Positions 36,300-57,809 of a stretch of 64,000 nt of DNA are shown here, in pieces. The stretch comes from Macrostomum lignano (Eukaryota): assembly GCA_002269645.1 (NCBI GenBank), contig NIVC01001907.1, positions 62,001 to 126,000 of the forward strand. Reading direction: 5' to 3'. Made by a program: the position numbers and the translations under genes. Positions within the stretch are counted from its first letter, which is position 1, and every line of letters starts with the position of its first letter. The notes below the pieces were generated by a model. That model saw nothing but the letters and a program-made list of their open reading frames with translations, had not been told where the DNA came from and made no database searches.

Positions 36300-37708
36300 C
36301 TAAATGCTTCACAATCTGAATGCTTCACAATCTGAATGCTTCACAAGCTCGATACTTCACAATCTAAATGCTTAAAAATCTGAATGCTTCAAAATCTGAA
36401 TACTTCACAATCTGAATACTTCACAATCTGAATACTTCACAATCTGAATACTTCACAATCTGAATACTTCACAATCTGAATACTTCACAATCTGAATACT
36501 TCACAATCTGAATAATTCACAATCTGAATACTTCACAATCTGAATACTTCACAATCTGAATACTTCACAATCTGAATACTTCACAATCTGAATACTTCAC
36601 AATCTGAATACTTCACAATCTGAATACTTCACAATCTGAATACTTCACAATCTGAATACTTCACAATCTGAATAATTCACAATCTGAATAATTCACAATC
36701 TGAATACTTCACAATCTGAATACTTCACAAGCTCGATACTTCACAATCTGAATACTTCACAATCTGAATACTTCACAATCTGAATACTTCACAATCTAAA
36801 TGCTTCAAAATCTGAATGCTTCACAATCTGAATACTTCACAATCTGAATGCTTCACAATCTAAATGCTTCACAATCTGAATACTTCACAATCTGAATAAT
36901 TCACAATATGAATACTTCACAATCTGAATACTTCACAATCTGAATAATTCACAATATGAATACTTCACAATCTGAATACTTCACAATCTGAATACTTCAC
37001 AATCTGAATACTTCACAATCTGAATACTTCACAATCTGAATAATTCACAATCTGAATACTTCACAATCTGAATACTTCACAATCTGAATACTTCACAATC
37101 TGAATAATTCACAATCTGAATACTTCACAATCTGAATACTTCACAATCTGAATACTTCACAATCTGAATACTTCACAATCTGAATACTTCACAATCTGAA
37201 TACTTCACAATCTGAATACTTCACAATCTGAATACTTCACAATCTGAATACTTCACAATCTGAATAATTCACAATCTGAATAATTCACAATCTGAATACT
37301 TCACAATCTGAATACTTCACAAGCTCGATACTTCACAATCTGAATACTTCACAATCTGAATACTTCACAATCTGAATACTTCACAATCTAAATGCTTCAC
37401 AATCTAAATGCTTCACAATCTGAATACTTCACAATCTGAATACTTCACAATCTGAATGCTTCACAATCTGAATACTTCACAATCTGAATACTTCACAATC
37501 TGAATACTTCACAATCTGAATACTTCACAATCTGAATACTTCACAATCTGAATAATTCACAATCTGAATAATTCAAATTCTGAATAATTCACAATCTGAA
37601 TACTTCACAATCTGAATACTTCACAATCTGAATACTTCACAATCTGAATACTTCACAATCTGAATACTTCACAATCCGAATACTTCACAATCCGAATACT
37701 TCACAAGC
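36300..37708. repeat. 16-bp minisatellite AATACTTCACAATCTG
   Basis: Direct inspection. Confidence 0.98.
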
Positions 37709-37778
37709 TTCAGAAAGATTAAAAATTTTAAGTGTGAGCACTAAAAAAACATTGAACGTATTCTATATTCTATTAATA

Positions 37779-39086
37779 CGAGGGATACTCCAAAAGTTTT
37801 GCAATTCAACCACTTGCGCAAGTCGCACAATCTTCAAAACCAACTCTCTGTACAATAAACATGTACATAGTCACCACCTCAATTTTCAAGTTAATTCATA
37901 CATATACGCCTGCTCAGCCCCCAGTCAAAGTCAGAGACTCCTTAACTGTACAGCTGCAGCCATGGAATTGAATCGTGAGCAGAATCGGCTACTAATTTGG
38001 TACTGCCACAAGCGAAAGCTCACGGCGCTTGAGACTCATGCCGAGCTACTGGCAACATTGGAGGCTCAAGCGCCGTCATATGCTACGGTTACACGCTGGT
38101 ACCGCGAGTTCCAGGCCGGCAGGACCAGCTTTTCTGACGACCCCCGGCCCGGGAGACCTCCGACAGCAGTGACGGAGGAAAACATCGTTGCAGTGCAGGA
38201 GCTGATTCATCAGGATCCGCGAATCACCACGGACATGCTAGCTATGAATGTCGGCATTGGATCGGCAGCGGTCGATACGATTCTACACGATCACCTGAGA
38301 GTCAGGAAGCTTTGTGCCCGATGGATACCCCACATCCTGACAGATGCTCAAAAACAGGCCCGCATGGAGTTCTGTCAGTTTCTCATCGATCGATATGAGC
38401 ACGGGAGCCATCAGCGCCGCTCTGAGGTCATCACTGGTGATGAGACGTTTCTGTATCATTTTGACGTCGAGACAAAGCGCAGCAGTGCAGAGTGGGTGCC
38501 GGAAGGTGGTCAACGACCCCTGAAAGCAAGGCGGTCCCGGTCCCAGGGCAAGCGGATGTTTGCCATCTTCTTCGACTCACAAGGCGTGGTGGCGATGGTG
38601 AAGCTGGAGGGTCAAGCTACAGTCACTGCTCGATGGTACACTGAAGAGTGCTTGCCAGTCGTGATCGACAGCGTGACCCAGAGGGCGCCAAGGACGGGAA
38701 TGCGAGGGCGGAAGCTTCACCATGACAACGCCCCCGCCCACACGGCTGCTGCAACTCGAGCGTTCCTGGACCAAGAGGGCATTTCAACGCTACCACACCC
38801 GGCCTACTCACCAGACCTCGCCCCCTGCGACTTCTGGCTCTTTCCAGAAATCAAAAAGTCGCTTAGGGGGCGCAGGTTTCAGTCCGACGAGGAGCTGGAG
38901 CAGGCGGCGAAGGAGGCGATTGACGGCATCCCAATTGAAGACTTCCAGGGCTTGATGAACAAGTGGCTCGGACGAGCGCACAAGTGTTTGCAGTTCCGGG
39001 GAGCCTACTTTGAAGGATTGTAATAGAAAAGTTTGGCAAAATTAACTTTAAATAGTCGAATTGCAAAACTTTTAGAGTATCCCTCG
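37779..39086 (+). mobile_element. Full-length mariner (Tc1/mariner, DD34D) transposon, probably irritans-like
   Basis: TA on both sides (37777-37778, 39087-39088); ~32-bp TIRs CGAGGGATACTC(C/T)AAAAGTTTTGCAATTC(A/G)AC with 2 mismatches; length 1308 bp. Confidence 0.97.
37962..39023 (+). CDS. Mariner transposase, 353 aa, uninterrupted
   Basis: HTH region, RPGRP, WIPHIL (WVPHEL-like), ITGDETF, HDNAPAH, YSPDLAPCDF; 34 residues between the second and third catalytic Asp. Confidence 0.97.
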   Translation: MELNREQNRLLIWYCHKRKLTALETHAELLATLEAQAPSYATVTRWYREFQAGRTSFSDDPRPGRPPTAVTEENIVAVQELIHQDPRITTDMLAMNVGIGSAAVDTILHDHLRVRKLCARWIPHILTDAQKQARMEFCQFLIDRYEHGSHQRRSEVITGDETFLYHFDVETKRSSAEWVPEGGQRPLKARRSRSQGKRMFAIFFDSQGVVAMVKLEGQATVTARWYTEECLPVVIDSVTQRAPRTGMRGRKLHHDNAPAHTAAATRAFLDQEGISTLPHPAYSPDLAPCDFWLFPEIKKSLRGRRFQSDEELEQAAKEAIDGIPIEDFQGLMNKWLGRAHKCLQFRGAYFEGL

Positions 39087-39344
39087 TACTGTGGGATTAT
39101 CGAAGACTACTGGATTTTTTAAACCGAAGTTCCAGTCCCATAAGCCTGAAAGCAAACAGAAGGATTTGTTATAGCTGGGTCAACTCTTCTAAGGGATAAA
39201 CTGGGGCACGTGCTAAACGAAAAAGTGCTCTTGGACCGTCCGCAGCCTGCAGCCTAACCCGCCTAAGCCCGACACCAAAATTGGCTTGGTTAGTGAAACC
39301 GCTCTTCATGTAAACTGTTTGCGTGCTGCGCCACTTCGTAGATA

Positions 39345-40080
39345 AGACTCCACTATCTAGTGTCTGGATTGGGGCAAGCGCTGGACTCCATTATCCACGG
39401 ACTCCACTATCTAGTGTCTGGATTGGGGCAAGCGCTGGACTCCATTATCCATGGACTCCATTATCTAGTGTCTGGATTGGGGCAGGGCCACCCGATCCAT
39501 GGATTCCACTATCTAGTGTCTGGATTGGGGCAGGGCCACCCGATCCATGGATTCCACTATCTAGTGTCTGGATTGGGGCAGCGCTACCATAGAACCATGG
39601 ACTCCACGATCTAGAGTGTGGATTGGGGCAGGGCCACCCGATCCATGGACTCCACTATCTAGTGTCTGGATTGGGGCAGGGCCACCCGATCCATGGACTC
39701 CACTATCTAGTGTCTGGATTGGGGCAGCGCTACCATAGAACCATGGACTCCACGATCTAGTGTCTGGATTGGGGCAGGGCCACCCGATCCATGGACTCCA
39801 CTATCTAGTGTCTGGATTGGGGCAGCGCTACCATAGAACCATGGACTCCACGATCTAGAGTGTGGATTGGGGCAGGGCCACCCGATCCATGGACTCCACT
39901 ATCTAGTGTCTGGATTGGGGCAGCGCTACCATAGAACCATGGACTCCACGATCTAGAGTGTGGATTGGGGCAGGGCCACCCGATCCATGGACTCCACTAT
40001 CTAGTGTCTGGATTGGGGCAGGGCCACCCGAACCATGGACTCCACGATCTAGAGTCCGGACTGGTACAGCGCTACCCAAA
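39345..40080. repeat. 48-bp minisatellite (CCACTATCTAGTGTCTGGATTGGGGCAG...CCATGGACT) with two alternating variants
   Basis: Direct inspection. Confidence 0.96.
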
Positions 40081-40649
40081 CCATGGACAAAAAACAACTG
40101 TCCAAAATCAAGGATGTCTAAAATCCGGGATTCAAACCGGAAACGGCTGGCTCAAATTTGGATTGGATCAAAGATGTCTAAGATATAAAATTTGGATTGG
40201 AAACCTCTGATCTCGAGCTAGGCTAAATGTTACCTTCTTGGTGGCTGGGAACTGCAAAAACCACTAAAAACAACTTGTCAAGCCTAATCAACAAAATCTG
40301 AGATTGACAAGAAACAATCGATCCCCTATGCCCTATGGATTGGGAGAAATGCTGTTCTTCCCTGTCATCAGTCCCAGCATCAAAACATCAAAACCTTAAT
40401 TAGATGATTTGTGACAGGCAGTCCGGCCCCCCAATAGACAAGGCCCCTTATTAATAACATGATCCAAAATAGGACAAATTGTACATTTGTATTATTCCTC
40501 AGGTTTATTAGACGTAGGGAAATTCCTTAACAATCGTCAATATATCTTAAAGCAACCCAGACTTTACATATTCGATGTGGTAAGAATTTAAATATCCTAA
40601 CACATAGATAAAAGAGTTTTACAGACTCAAAGACATTAGATCTTTATTC

Positions 40650-41765
40650 CCCGAATCCCCCCATTCCCCAAATCCCAAGATTCCCCAAATCCCAGATTCC
40701 CCAAATCCCCAGATTCCCAAATCCCCAGATTCCCTAAATCCCCATATTCCCCAAATCCCCAGATTCCCTAAATCCCCAGATTCCATAAATCCCCAGATTC
40801 CCCAAATCCCCAGATTCCCCAAATCCCCAGATTCCCTAAATCCCCAGATTCCCCAAATCCCCAGATTCCCTAAATCCCCAAATCCAAATCAGAACCCAAA
40901 TCAGATTCCCTAAATCCCCAGATTCTCCAAATCTCAGATTCCCTAAATCCCCATATTCCCCAAATCCCCAGATTCCCTAAATCCCCAGATTCCCCAAATC
41001 CCCAGATTCCCCAAATCCCCAGATTCCCCAAATCTCCAGATTCCCTAAATCCCCAGATTCCCCAAATCCCCAGATTCCCTAAATCCCCAGATTCCCCAAA
41101 TCCCCAGATTCCCTAAATCCCCAGATTCCCCAAATCCCCAGATTCCCTAAATCCCCAGATTCCCCAAATCCCCAGATTCCCTAAATCCCCAGATTCCCTA
41201 AATCCCCAGATTCCCTAAATCCCCAGATTCCCCAAATCCCCAGATTCCCTAAATCCCCAGATTCCCTAAATCCCCAGATTCCCCAAATCCCCAGATTCCC
41301 CAAAATCCCCAGATTCCCCAAATCCCCAGATTCCCCAAATCTCCAGATTCCCCAAATCCCCAGATTCCCCAATTCCCCAGATTCCCTAAATCCCCAAATC
41401 CAAATCAGAATCCAAATCAGATTCCCTAAATCCCCATATTCCCCAAATCCCCAGATTCCCTAAATCCCCAGATTCCCCAAATCCCCAGATTCCCCAAATC
41501 CCCAGATTCCCTAAATCCCCAGATTCCCCAAATCCCCAGATTCCCCAAATCCCCAGATTCCCCAAATCCCCAGATTCCCTAAATCCCCAGATTCCCCAAA
41601 TCCTTAGATTCCCTAAATCCCCAGATTCCCCAAATCCCCAGATTCCCCAAATCCCCAGATTCCCTAAATTCCCAGATTCCCCAAATCCCCAGATTCCGCA
41701 GATCCCCAGATTCCCTAAATTCCCAGATTCCCCAAATCCCCAGATTCCGCAGATCCCCAAATTCC
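40650..41765. repeat. 17-bp minisatellite TCCCCAGATTCCCCAAA
   Basis: Direct inspection. Confidence 0.97.
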
Positions 41766-42447
41766 CCATCAATGTTATTCATATTCCCTTAGAACCCCTT
41801 AGATTCCTCAAGTGTTCAGTGCGTAGACTAATTGCCCCAACTATAAATTAAATTTATATTGAATTCGTTCTTGATATTCAGTAGGCGAAACGGAGAAAAG
41901 ATGAATCTCTGTATAAAATACGAGCGTATTCATAGATTCGCTCGCGGGTCTGCTGTTCCTCGAAAGCTCCCAACAACATAATTAATCAATCTGCCAGCAG
42001 TTGCCGAGCTTAATAACTCAATTATGAGTGAAATTTCGCTGACACGAATATCATATGAGCTCTCACGACTGGGATGGATTTCACAGCCTCTACGGTAGCT
42101 GAACCTGATCCAGCATCCTTCATCATTTTGTCAGTTGTTATTTTTGCATTGGCGGGACACGCAAGAGCCGAGCGCTGGTGACACTGCCATTTTTCATGTG
42201 GGATTTTTGTCTAAAAAAAGTGCTTCAAAATACTTCCCAACTATACCGTCTATATTTTCACATAACAAGTGACTTTGTGTTATTGACTCTTTCTATCTTC
42301 TGAGAGCTTCTTCTTCTAGCAGCAATTCTTCAGCTGCGGTGGCCGATTAACATAATTATTCAAGCATGATGCTGCGGGGGAATTGCACTGCATGCATTCT
42401 GCGGCAAGTAAGGCTCACCGTGATGTTCATAGCCAGGGTCTCCGTTC

Positions 42448-43136
42448 TCCTGTCCTGTCCTGTCCTGTCCTGTCCTGTCCTGTCCTGTCCTGTCCTTTCC
42501 TGTCCTGTCCTGTCCTGTCCTGTCCTGTCCTGTCCTGTCCTGTCCTGTCCTGTTCTGTCCTGTTCTGTCCTGTCCTGTCCTGTCCTGTCCTGTCCTGTCC
42601 TGTCCTGTCCTGTCCTGTCCTGTCCTGTCCTGTCCTGTTCTGTCCTGTTCTGTCCTGTTTTGTCCTGTCCTGTCCTGTCCTGTCCTGTCCTGTCCTGTCC
42701 TGTCCTGTCCTGTCCTGTCCTGTCCTGTCCTGTCCTGTCCTGTCCTGTCCTGTCCTGTCCTGTCCTGTCCTGTCCTGTTCTGTCCTGTTCTGTCCTGTTT
42801 TGTCCTGTCCTGTCCTGTCCTGTCCTGTCCTGTCCTGTCCTGTCCTGTCCTGTCCTGTCCTGTCCTGTCCTGTCCTGTCCTGTCCTGTCCTGTCCTGTCC
42901 TGTCCTGTCCTGTCCTGTCCTGTCCTGTCCTGTCCTGTCCTGTCCTGTCCTGTCCTGTCCTGTCCTGTCCTGTCCTGTCCTGTCCTGTCCTGTCCTGTCC
43001 TGTCCTGTCCTGTCCTGTCCTCTCCTGTCCTGTCCTGTCCTGTCCTGTCCTGTCCTGTCCTGTCCTGTCCTGTCCTGTCCTGTCCTGTCCTGTCCTGTCC
43101 TGTCCTGTCCTGTCCTGTCCTGTCCTGTCCTGTCCT
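42448..43136. repeat. (CCTGT)n pentanucleotide array
   Basis: About 690 bp, near-perfect. Confidence 0.99.
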
Positions 43137-43761
43137 CTCCATCTTTGCCTCAATGGCTAACCACCTGCCCTAACAACTCGCATTCAAATAAAACCATATT
43201 GAAGAAGCAGCAAGGTATGTCATGGATTTGAGGGGCATCAGAACGTCTACTTTACACCAGGCCAGCTCCCCTCAGCTGCGCGCCGTGGGGACTTGAAATC
43301 CCCTATTTTCTGCCTTGGCCTTGGCGCAGCGTTCATTGCTCTGATTTTTATTTTGCAGATTTTTTTTAATTTTAAATTCTGAAAATTAATAATTATTTTG
43401 AGGAAAATTGTGTGGCTCGCACATCTTGAAGATAAAATTGCCCGGATAATTTAAAAAAATGAAATAATGATTTCAATAATTTTAGTTTGAATTGTACGAG
43501 GGTATTTAGGATAAGCCGGCATTTCAATTGAGATTGGGAAAATTATTTGTCTCATTTTACTAAAATAGGATCTCTGATTTCGCTAACGAATTTTTTTGTT
43601 CATGATTTAAGCTCTAAAATGTATCGATTTCCTCTACTGACAGTAAGTAGACTGTGTAGAGAATAGCTGCCCCTGCCAGCTCTGTGAGACGATTAAAACA
43701 GCAACCTGCTCCAATCCAATCCCACATCAAACGAGTACAAGACAACTTTTATTCCCTCGCC

Positions 43762-44175
<414 letters not shown>

Positions 44176-44680
44176 TTGTGCAGCTGTATGGTCATAAATT
44201 TTAATTAGAAAATTCTCTTTCCAGAAATGGATTTCCATGGATTTCCAGGGAAACCGAAGCGCAGCAACAAGAATGTTCAAATCCGGATTGACTGAGTTTG
44301 CAAATGAAGGAAGTCATTTAATTGAGTAGCTCTGGAAACCTTCATGTGGAAACAGAAGGAAATTAACTAATTCGCCGCGAGATGCAGAAAGAGAGGAGGC
44401 AGGAATGAAAGAGCAATATATTCTGTGGGCCGGACTGAGCTTGTCAAAGGGTGAGTGCAGTGAGCGCGGGTCGGGGGTGGGGGGTCCTCCCAGCCTCGGG
44501 TTGATGACGAGTTGGCCGAAGACGCACCGCGCCAACAGCAAAAAATGATGCAGAGAAGAAAGGCGGAAAACCCCCCCTCCCCATTGTTCTGCGCAGGCAG
44601 TGTACGCCTAAGACCCTATATATTTTCAAGTTCTGGTTCAGAGGCTACTGCTCAAAAAGACCATAAGAAAGTACCGGTAA

Positions 44681-52208
<7,528 letters not shown>

Positions 52209-52912
52209 TAGCGAGTAGAACTTCATCGGTTTTTAATGAACTTAAAGTTTTTCCAAAGCTTTGCCTACCAGCCGTTTCTAAGAAATTGCCTTGGTTAGCA
52301 AATAGTGCGTAACATTTATTAACAATTATTATGCTAATAAATGGTTGATTGGTAAATTCAAGAATATACTTATACTGCCTATACTTTGACTTGCATGTTT
52401 TCTTTCCCTTTAACTTGAATTTGAGAAAACTCTGGCTAGGTTGAGTAGCATAGTAGTAAATATTAATAATAACAAAAGTAGAAGAAAATGTCTCATCAAG
52501 TTGTACAACTGCATCCAACAGAGTTTTAAAAGCCTATCACACATTTGACGCCATTTTCAAGTAGAAATTTGACATTCTAACGCTTAAAACCTTGCGTTAA
52601 CAAACCGGTAAAAAACTAGCACATTATAAAAACTAAATGACTAACACAGGTAGACTGCGGGTATTAAACGCTTTGAGATGGTAAAACCTAAAAAAAAACT
52701 CAGTTCAGTTCGAGTCCAACCTGGAAACACACAATGAAACAAAATGAAAGTTGATGGGGTTGCAGAATAAAAGGAATTGCTCTGCGAAGGAGTATATTTG
52801 CGATAAAAATATCGAAGCCAAACACTGCGCTCAAGCGACCGTGGACTATATTAAAACTAACGAGTGAGCTAGCGAGCTAGTTTGTTTAATTAATTTAACA
52901 GTAACTTTAGTC

Positions 52913-55900
52913 ATGCTGAGGCGAACCTTCTACACCTACAGCACCTGGTTGCTTCGAGCGATAGTGCTGTTTAACGTGCTGTGCGCTGGGTTCCTGGGAG
53001 TTTATATCTTCTACTTCGACGCTTCAGTTGGTTGGACGAGCCGCGGCCTGCCACCTGATACTTCAGGTACGAGGGTTGTCTAGGTATGAGTGCTGTGTGT
53101 TGTTCAGCTACGAGGCTTGTTCAAGGTACGAGGATTGCTCAGGTACGGCAATTGTTACTTCAGGTACGAGGGTTGGTCAGCTACGAGGGTTGTTCACGGT
53201 AGGGTAAGAGCGTTGTTTAGGTAATATGGTTGTTAAGGTGCGAGGGTTTTTCAGCTTCGAGGGTTGCTCAGGTATGGCAGTTGTTTCTTCAGATACGAGG
53301 GTTGTTCAGCAACAAAGATTGCTCAGGCTACGAGTGTTCTTTCTTCCGGGTACGAAAATTGTTTATGTACGAGAAATGTTCAGGTACGAGAAATGTTCAG
53401 GTACGAGAGTTGTTCAGGTACGAGAGTTGTTCAGGTACGAGAGTTGTTCAGGTACGAGAGTTGTTCAGGTACGAGAGTTGTTCAGGTACGAGAGTTGTTC
53501 AGGTATGACAATTTAGTTCGGATTTAGTTCATGCAGGTTGAAGCAATCCTGATACAAAATTGAATAAGGTTGCATGCCAAATGAAAGCCGCCTATCTGTC
53601 ACCAAGTATTTCTACAAGATTCTTTCCAATTCGCCAAAAACCAATCTGGCAGGAAAAGCGGCAGCTGAAGGCGGGGACACAGGGGAGGCTGCGTCCAGTC
53701 GATGCAGCTTCTTGGACGGTGCGGAGGCAGCTCAGAGCGAGCATGAAGAAGCCTCTTTGCCAACGTCTGATGGCGGATCTAGCCGCGCGTTGAAGGTCTT
53801 CGTAGTGGAGGAGCACCACGAAGGTGAGACTTGGAGATGCATTCGGTATCGAATCTTCAATCTCAGCCACTCCTTTGCTCAGTGACAAACTTGCATGTAC
53901 TTTTCCTGTTTCTAAAACATCCTCAACGAACTGATGAAGGTGCTCAACAGAGAAAAGATCTAATTGCTAATAAAATTTCAGTACTGCCCCTATGGTTTGA
54001 AGCCCACAAAGAGGCGTCAATGCGAAACGGTTCGAGAATTCCTCCATTGACGCTGGTAAGCAATAAAATGTATGAGATGTCTGCCTGTCTGTCCGTCTGT
54101 CTTAGTGTCTGTCTGTCTGTTTATCTTTTTTGTCTGTCTGTTTGTTTGTCTGTCTCTCTGTCTTAATGTCTGTCTGTCTGTCTTAGTGTCTGTCTGTCTG
54201 TCTTAGTGTCTGTCTGTCTGTCTTAGTGTCTGTCTGTTTGTCTATCTGCCTATCTGTCTCAGTGTCTGTCCCAAACCGCCACCATCAGGTGCACATTGAC
54301 GGCCACTCAGACGGAGCTCCGATCGTCCCAGACCGGCGGTATCCGTTTGCGGAAAAATTCGGCGGAAAGGAGCACATCAAGCTACTGATGACTTTTAACG
54401 ACAATTTCATAATGGGAGTAGTAAAAAAGTTGTTGCATACTCTAATCAACCACTTTAGACAAAGTCACTTTGGTGTGCGTTTTTTAACACAGACTCTCTG
54501 ACAGCTTTTTACTGAGTCCGCAGGTTTCAGGCAAACAACGATTTGTCCGAATGTCCGAAAGAGGATGTCAACTTTGTCCGGAATGGAAGCGATGTATCTG
54601 TTGCTCGGCAATTGGCAATGAGTGCACGAGCATTGAATAATCAAATACCCAAATCTCTCTATCTGAATAGATCCTAATGAGATAATATAGGGTAGGTGGG
54701 AATCTCATGTCAACTTAAGCCCCCCCCCCCCAGAATGGAAGCCGCAAACTATAGAGTGCTTGCATTGGATGCAGCAAAACTTAGGATCTGTATTGTCGGT
54801 CAGCTTCATTTTGCCTAGCCACCAGTGGAGCAAGATCTATAAATAAAATGTCGAGATCCGACACAATGCTATTCCCCTGGTCTTGCAGTGGGTATAAACT
54901 CTTCGACAGACACTAAGAGAATTTTCTCTAAAATCACAGTTCAAGACGCTTTTTATCATTTACCTGTAACTCTTAGTCAATAATGACTAAACCAACTGCC
55001 CTAATGGAGGAACACCGCTACAAAAACTTTACAGGGGTCCAGGGTAGCTGGCCTGGTCTCCAACGGCTTGTGGCTCTACCCAGATTGGGTGGATTTCAAC
55101 GACACGGGTGAGTCTGCCTTCTTGGAGAACTCCATGTTAGAGATCCATAGTATTAACACGAGACGGGTGCATTAATTCGGGATCTAAAGAACCTTGAGGG
55201 GTGGCACTATTAGGTGTTCCTCCAAAGCAAAAAGACTATATGAAAAGCACCACAATGCCTAAAAATTAATTACCTGTGCAACGCTTCATCCCATACAGAG
55301 AGTGACATCTCAAGCACAGGCATTACGAGACTCAAAGGAACTCTGCAGGCCTGCAGATGCCCAGTGTACGAGCAGGACCGGTACCCATTGATGTCACCCA
55401 CGATCAACACCACCGACACCTGCTCATTGAGCATCCGGGCGGATATCGATCGGCCCATGTGGCTATTAAGAAACTTTTGCTTCTTCCTCAAAGGCCCGTT
55501 CCTGCATGTGTTCGCCTCGGAGAGAAACATAACCGCCGATCTGCTCTCCGCCATCTTCGCCAGGAAGCTGCGCCTGCCGAAGGACCGTCCGGATGAGACA
55601 AAGTTCAACACGCTGTTCAACTCTGAGGATGAAGCCAACGATTACATTCTGGACATCGATGAGGATTACTTTGGGGTGCAGCTGGTCGCTCGTCAGCTGC
55701 TGAGCTCAGGAATCTCTCTGGACGTCGCTAGTAAACTTTGCAAACCTCTGGCGCAACTTTTCTGCCCAAAGTCGGTCCACGATGAAAAGAAGGCGGACTG
55801 CTGGTTCATCACAATGCTCGACGTTGTGACAACTTTCGCCGAAAAGTGCAACACAGGCGACGATGAAGATGGCTGCTCACCGGCTGCCATCGCCGACAAA

Positions 55901-56515
55901 GTTGCTCAAGACAAAGTGCTACTTGCTATTCTGAGCAAAGTGGCTTGTCCTGAGCTGCCCCGGGCGCAGCTGGTGTTCCTGACGCGGGAGGTGGCTTCCC
56001 TGCTCACCAGCCTGAACAAGAAGCAACTGCAGGTCATGCAGAGTATCGGCCTGTGTCTCGGCATGTCGCTACGCACAAACTTTGATCCGTTGGATTCGTT
56101 GGCCGAAACGGTTACAGAAACGCCATCTGAAAAATCGTTCAACATCATGCGCGCAGTGAAGCTGTGCTTGGGTCACAATCTGCCTAACGAGTCCGCGGTG
56201 CAGGAGTTCCTGGATAATCAGGCAGGTGTGGACGCTCGACTCGAACGGATGACGCAGCTGCTGCGCCAGTTGCCGAAGACGCCCATCGCCGTGACCATCT
56301 GTCGCAGTACCAGAGACGGCTACTTGCCTCGCCACCAGATGAGTTACGTCGAGAACGGCATCTTCAAAGCGTTGCGCGAAGTATTCGGCGAGATCAAAGT
56401 TGAGTACGACGAGCAGCTGTTCCACGGCAAGGAGGGCTGGTACGAGTACAAGGCCCGGCAGCTGGGCGACGGGTTCCGGCCGGCAGGAACAAGATTTGAG
56501 GACAATGGAAACTAA
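52913..56515 (+). CDS. UPF0489-like type II membrane protein, paralog 2 (one splice donor altered)
   Basis: Exons 52913-53066, 53653-53823, 53982-54055, 54289-54414(or 54417), 55035-55107, 55299-56515; same motifs and intron phases as paralog 1. The donor after 54414 reads GG instead of GT. Confidence 0.8.
53059..53507. repeat. 17-bp minisatellite TTCAGGTACGAGAGTTG containing the exon/intron junction
   Basis: The first unit overlaps the end of exon 1 of paralog 2. Confidence 0.9.
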
Positions 56516-56907
56516 TTTCTCCTAGGCATTTTGTCTGGCAGTCGAAGGTGCTTCCCGTTGAGAAAAACGTTATTGTGTAGTGTTCTAAATATTGTAGTTA
56601 TCAGACATAATATAATAAAATACATATTTGTTGGTTATCGTAATATTTGGAACTTTAAAATTTGAGCTTTCCATTTGTCCTAAGGAATGTCCTTAGGTTG
56701 AATCTCACAAAACATAAAGCGGCTTGGACCGTTTATAAAAAGCTTGTCTGAGTGAAAAATTTTCATAGTAGAATTTTTGTTTGGTCTGATAATGGCAGCG
56801 TGTTCTTTTCGTTCTGTTTTGTGCCATGTCTGGGGGACGCAGCTACTTAAACTTCATCAAGGCATCTCACTGCAGCACCACGAAATGTGTTCGGCTTACC
56901 ATCAGCG

Positions 56908-57320
56908 GGGTCGATTTCACAAGCCCTAAATTTCACAACGCCTAAAATAGAGATACAATTTTTCTTATATAATCCTTCTACAATCTTTTTGTATCTTCAT
57001 AGTGTTTTTAGGCGCTGTGAAATTTAGGTCTTGTGAAATTTAGGGCTTGTGAAATTCTGTACATGCCTTTTAGGTGTTATGAAATTTAGGGCTTGTGAAA
57101 TTCTGTACATGCCTTTTAGGTGTTATGAAATTTAGGGCTTGTGAAATTCTGTACATGCCTTTTAGGTGTTATGAAATTTAGGGCTTGTGAAATTTAGGTG
57201 TTGTGAAATCTGCAGGCTGCATTGCTTATTTTCGACGTTGTGAAAATTAGGGTTCATGAAATATAGGTCTTATGAAAGGTTCTGTTTTCGACGTGAAAAT
57301 TAGGGTTTGTGAAACGACCC
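56908..57320. mobile_element. 413-bp Mutator-like MITE with subterminal GTGAAATTTAGG repeats
   Basis: Termini GGGTCG(A)TTTCACAA / TTGTGAAACGACCC; 9-bp TSD (C/T)CATCAGCG with one mismatch (56899-56907, 57321-57329). Confidence 0.7.
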
Positions 57321-57809
57321 TCATCAGCGCTGACCTTTTCGACCCTGATGTTTCTGTGCGTGCATCGCGGATCTATGAAGCTTGCTAGTCGATATCTGCT
57401 TGCAAAGCTCAGTTTCTTTTACATTTCTTTACTGTCTTGGATCGCTACTATTGATATTCGTACGGATATCCAAATGGCACCATGCCACCAGAGCCGTTCA
57501 GCTGCAAGGGATCCTCGATAAGAATGGACATTCCTCAGATTCATTCCAGATGAAGTCGATCATAACCTTTCTGTGTGTACAACTGTTATTACTTCAGTTG
57601 AAAATTCTCGCAGCTCTGCAACGCTGTGCAAAGTAAAGCACAAAAAGATAAAAAAGACTTAAGTCACTGCAGTCTATACATCAGTCGTCCTTGAAATCAA
57701 CTTAACTAAAACAAAATGGCTACAACTTCAATTCAGATTTTTTTAACTTGTATTAACTTGTTTTAACTTTTTTTCAGATTTTTCTGTTAACCCATAAATT
57801 ACCCAATGT

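Noticed and set aside
43495-43525. TA-CGAGGG as a second mariner end
   Set aside because: Similarity is limited to 6-8 nt, with no partner TIR or transposase remnant.
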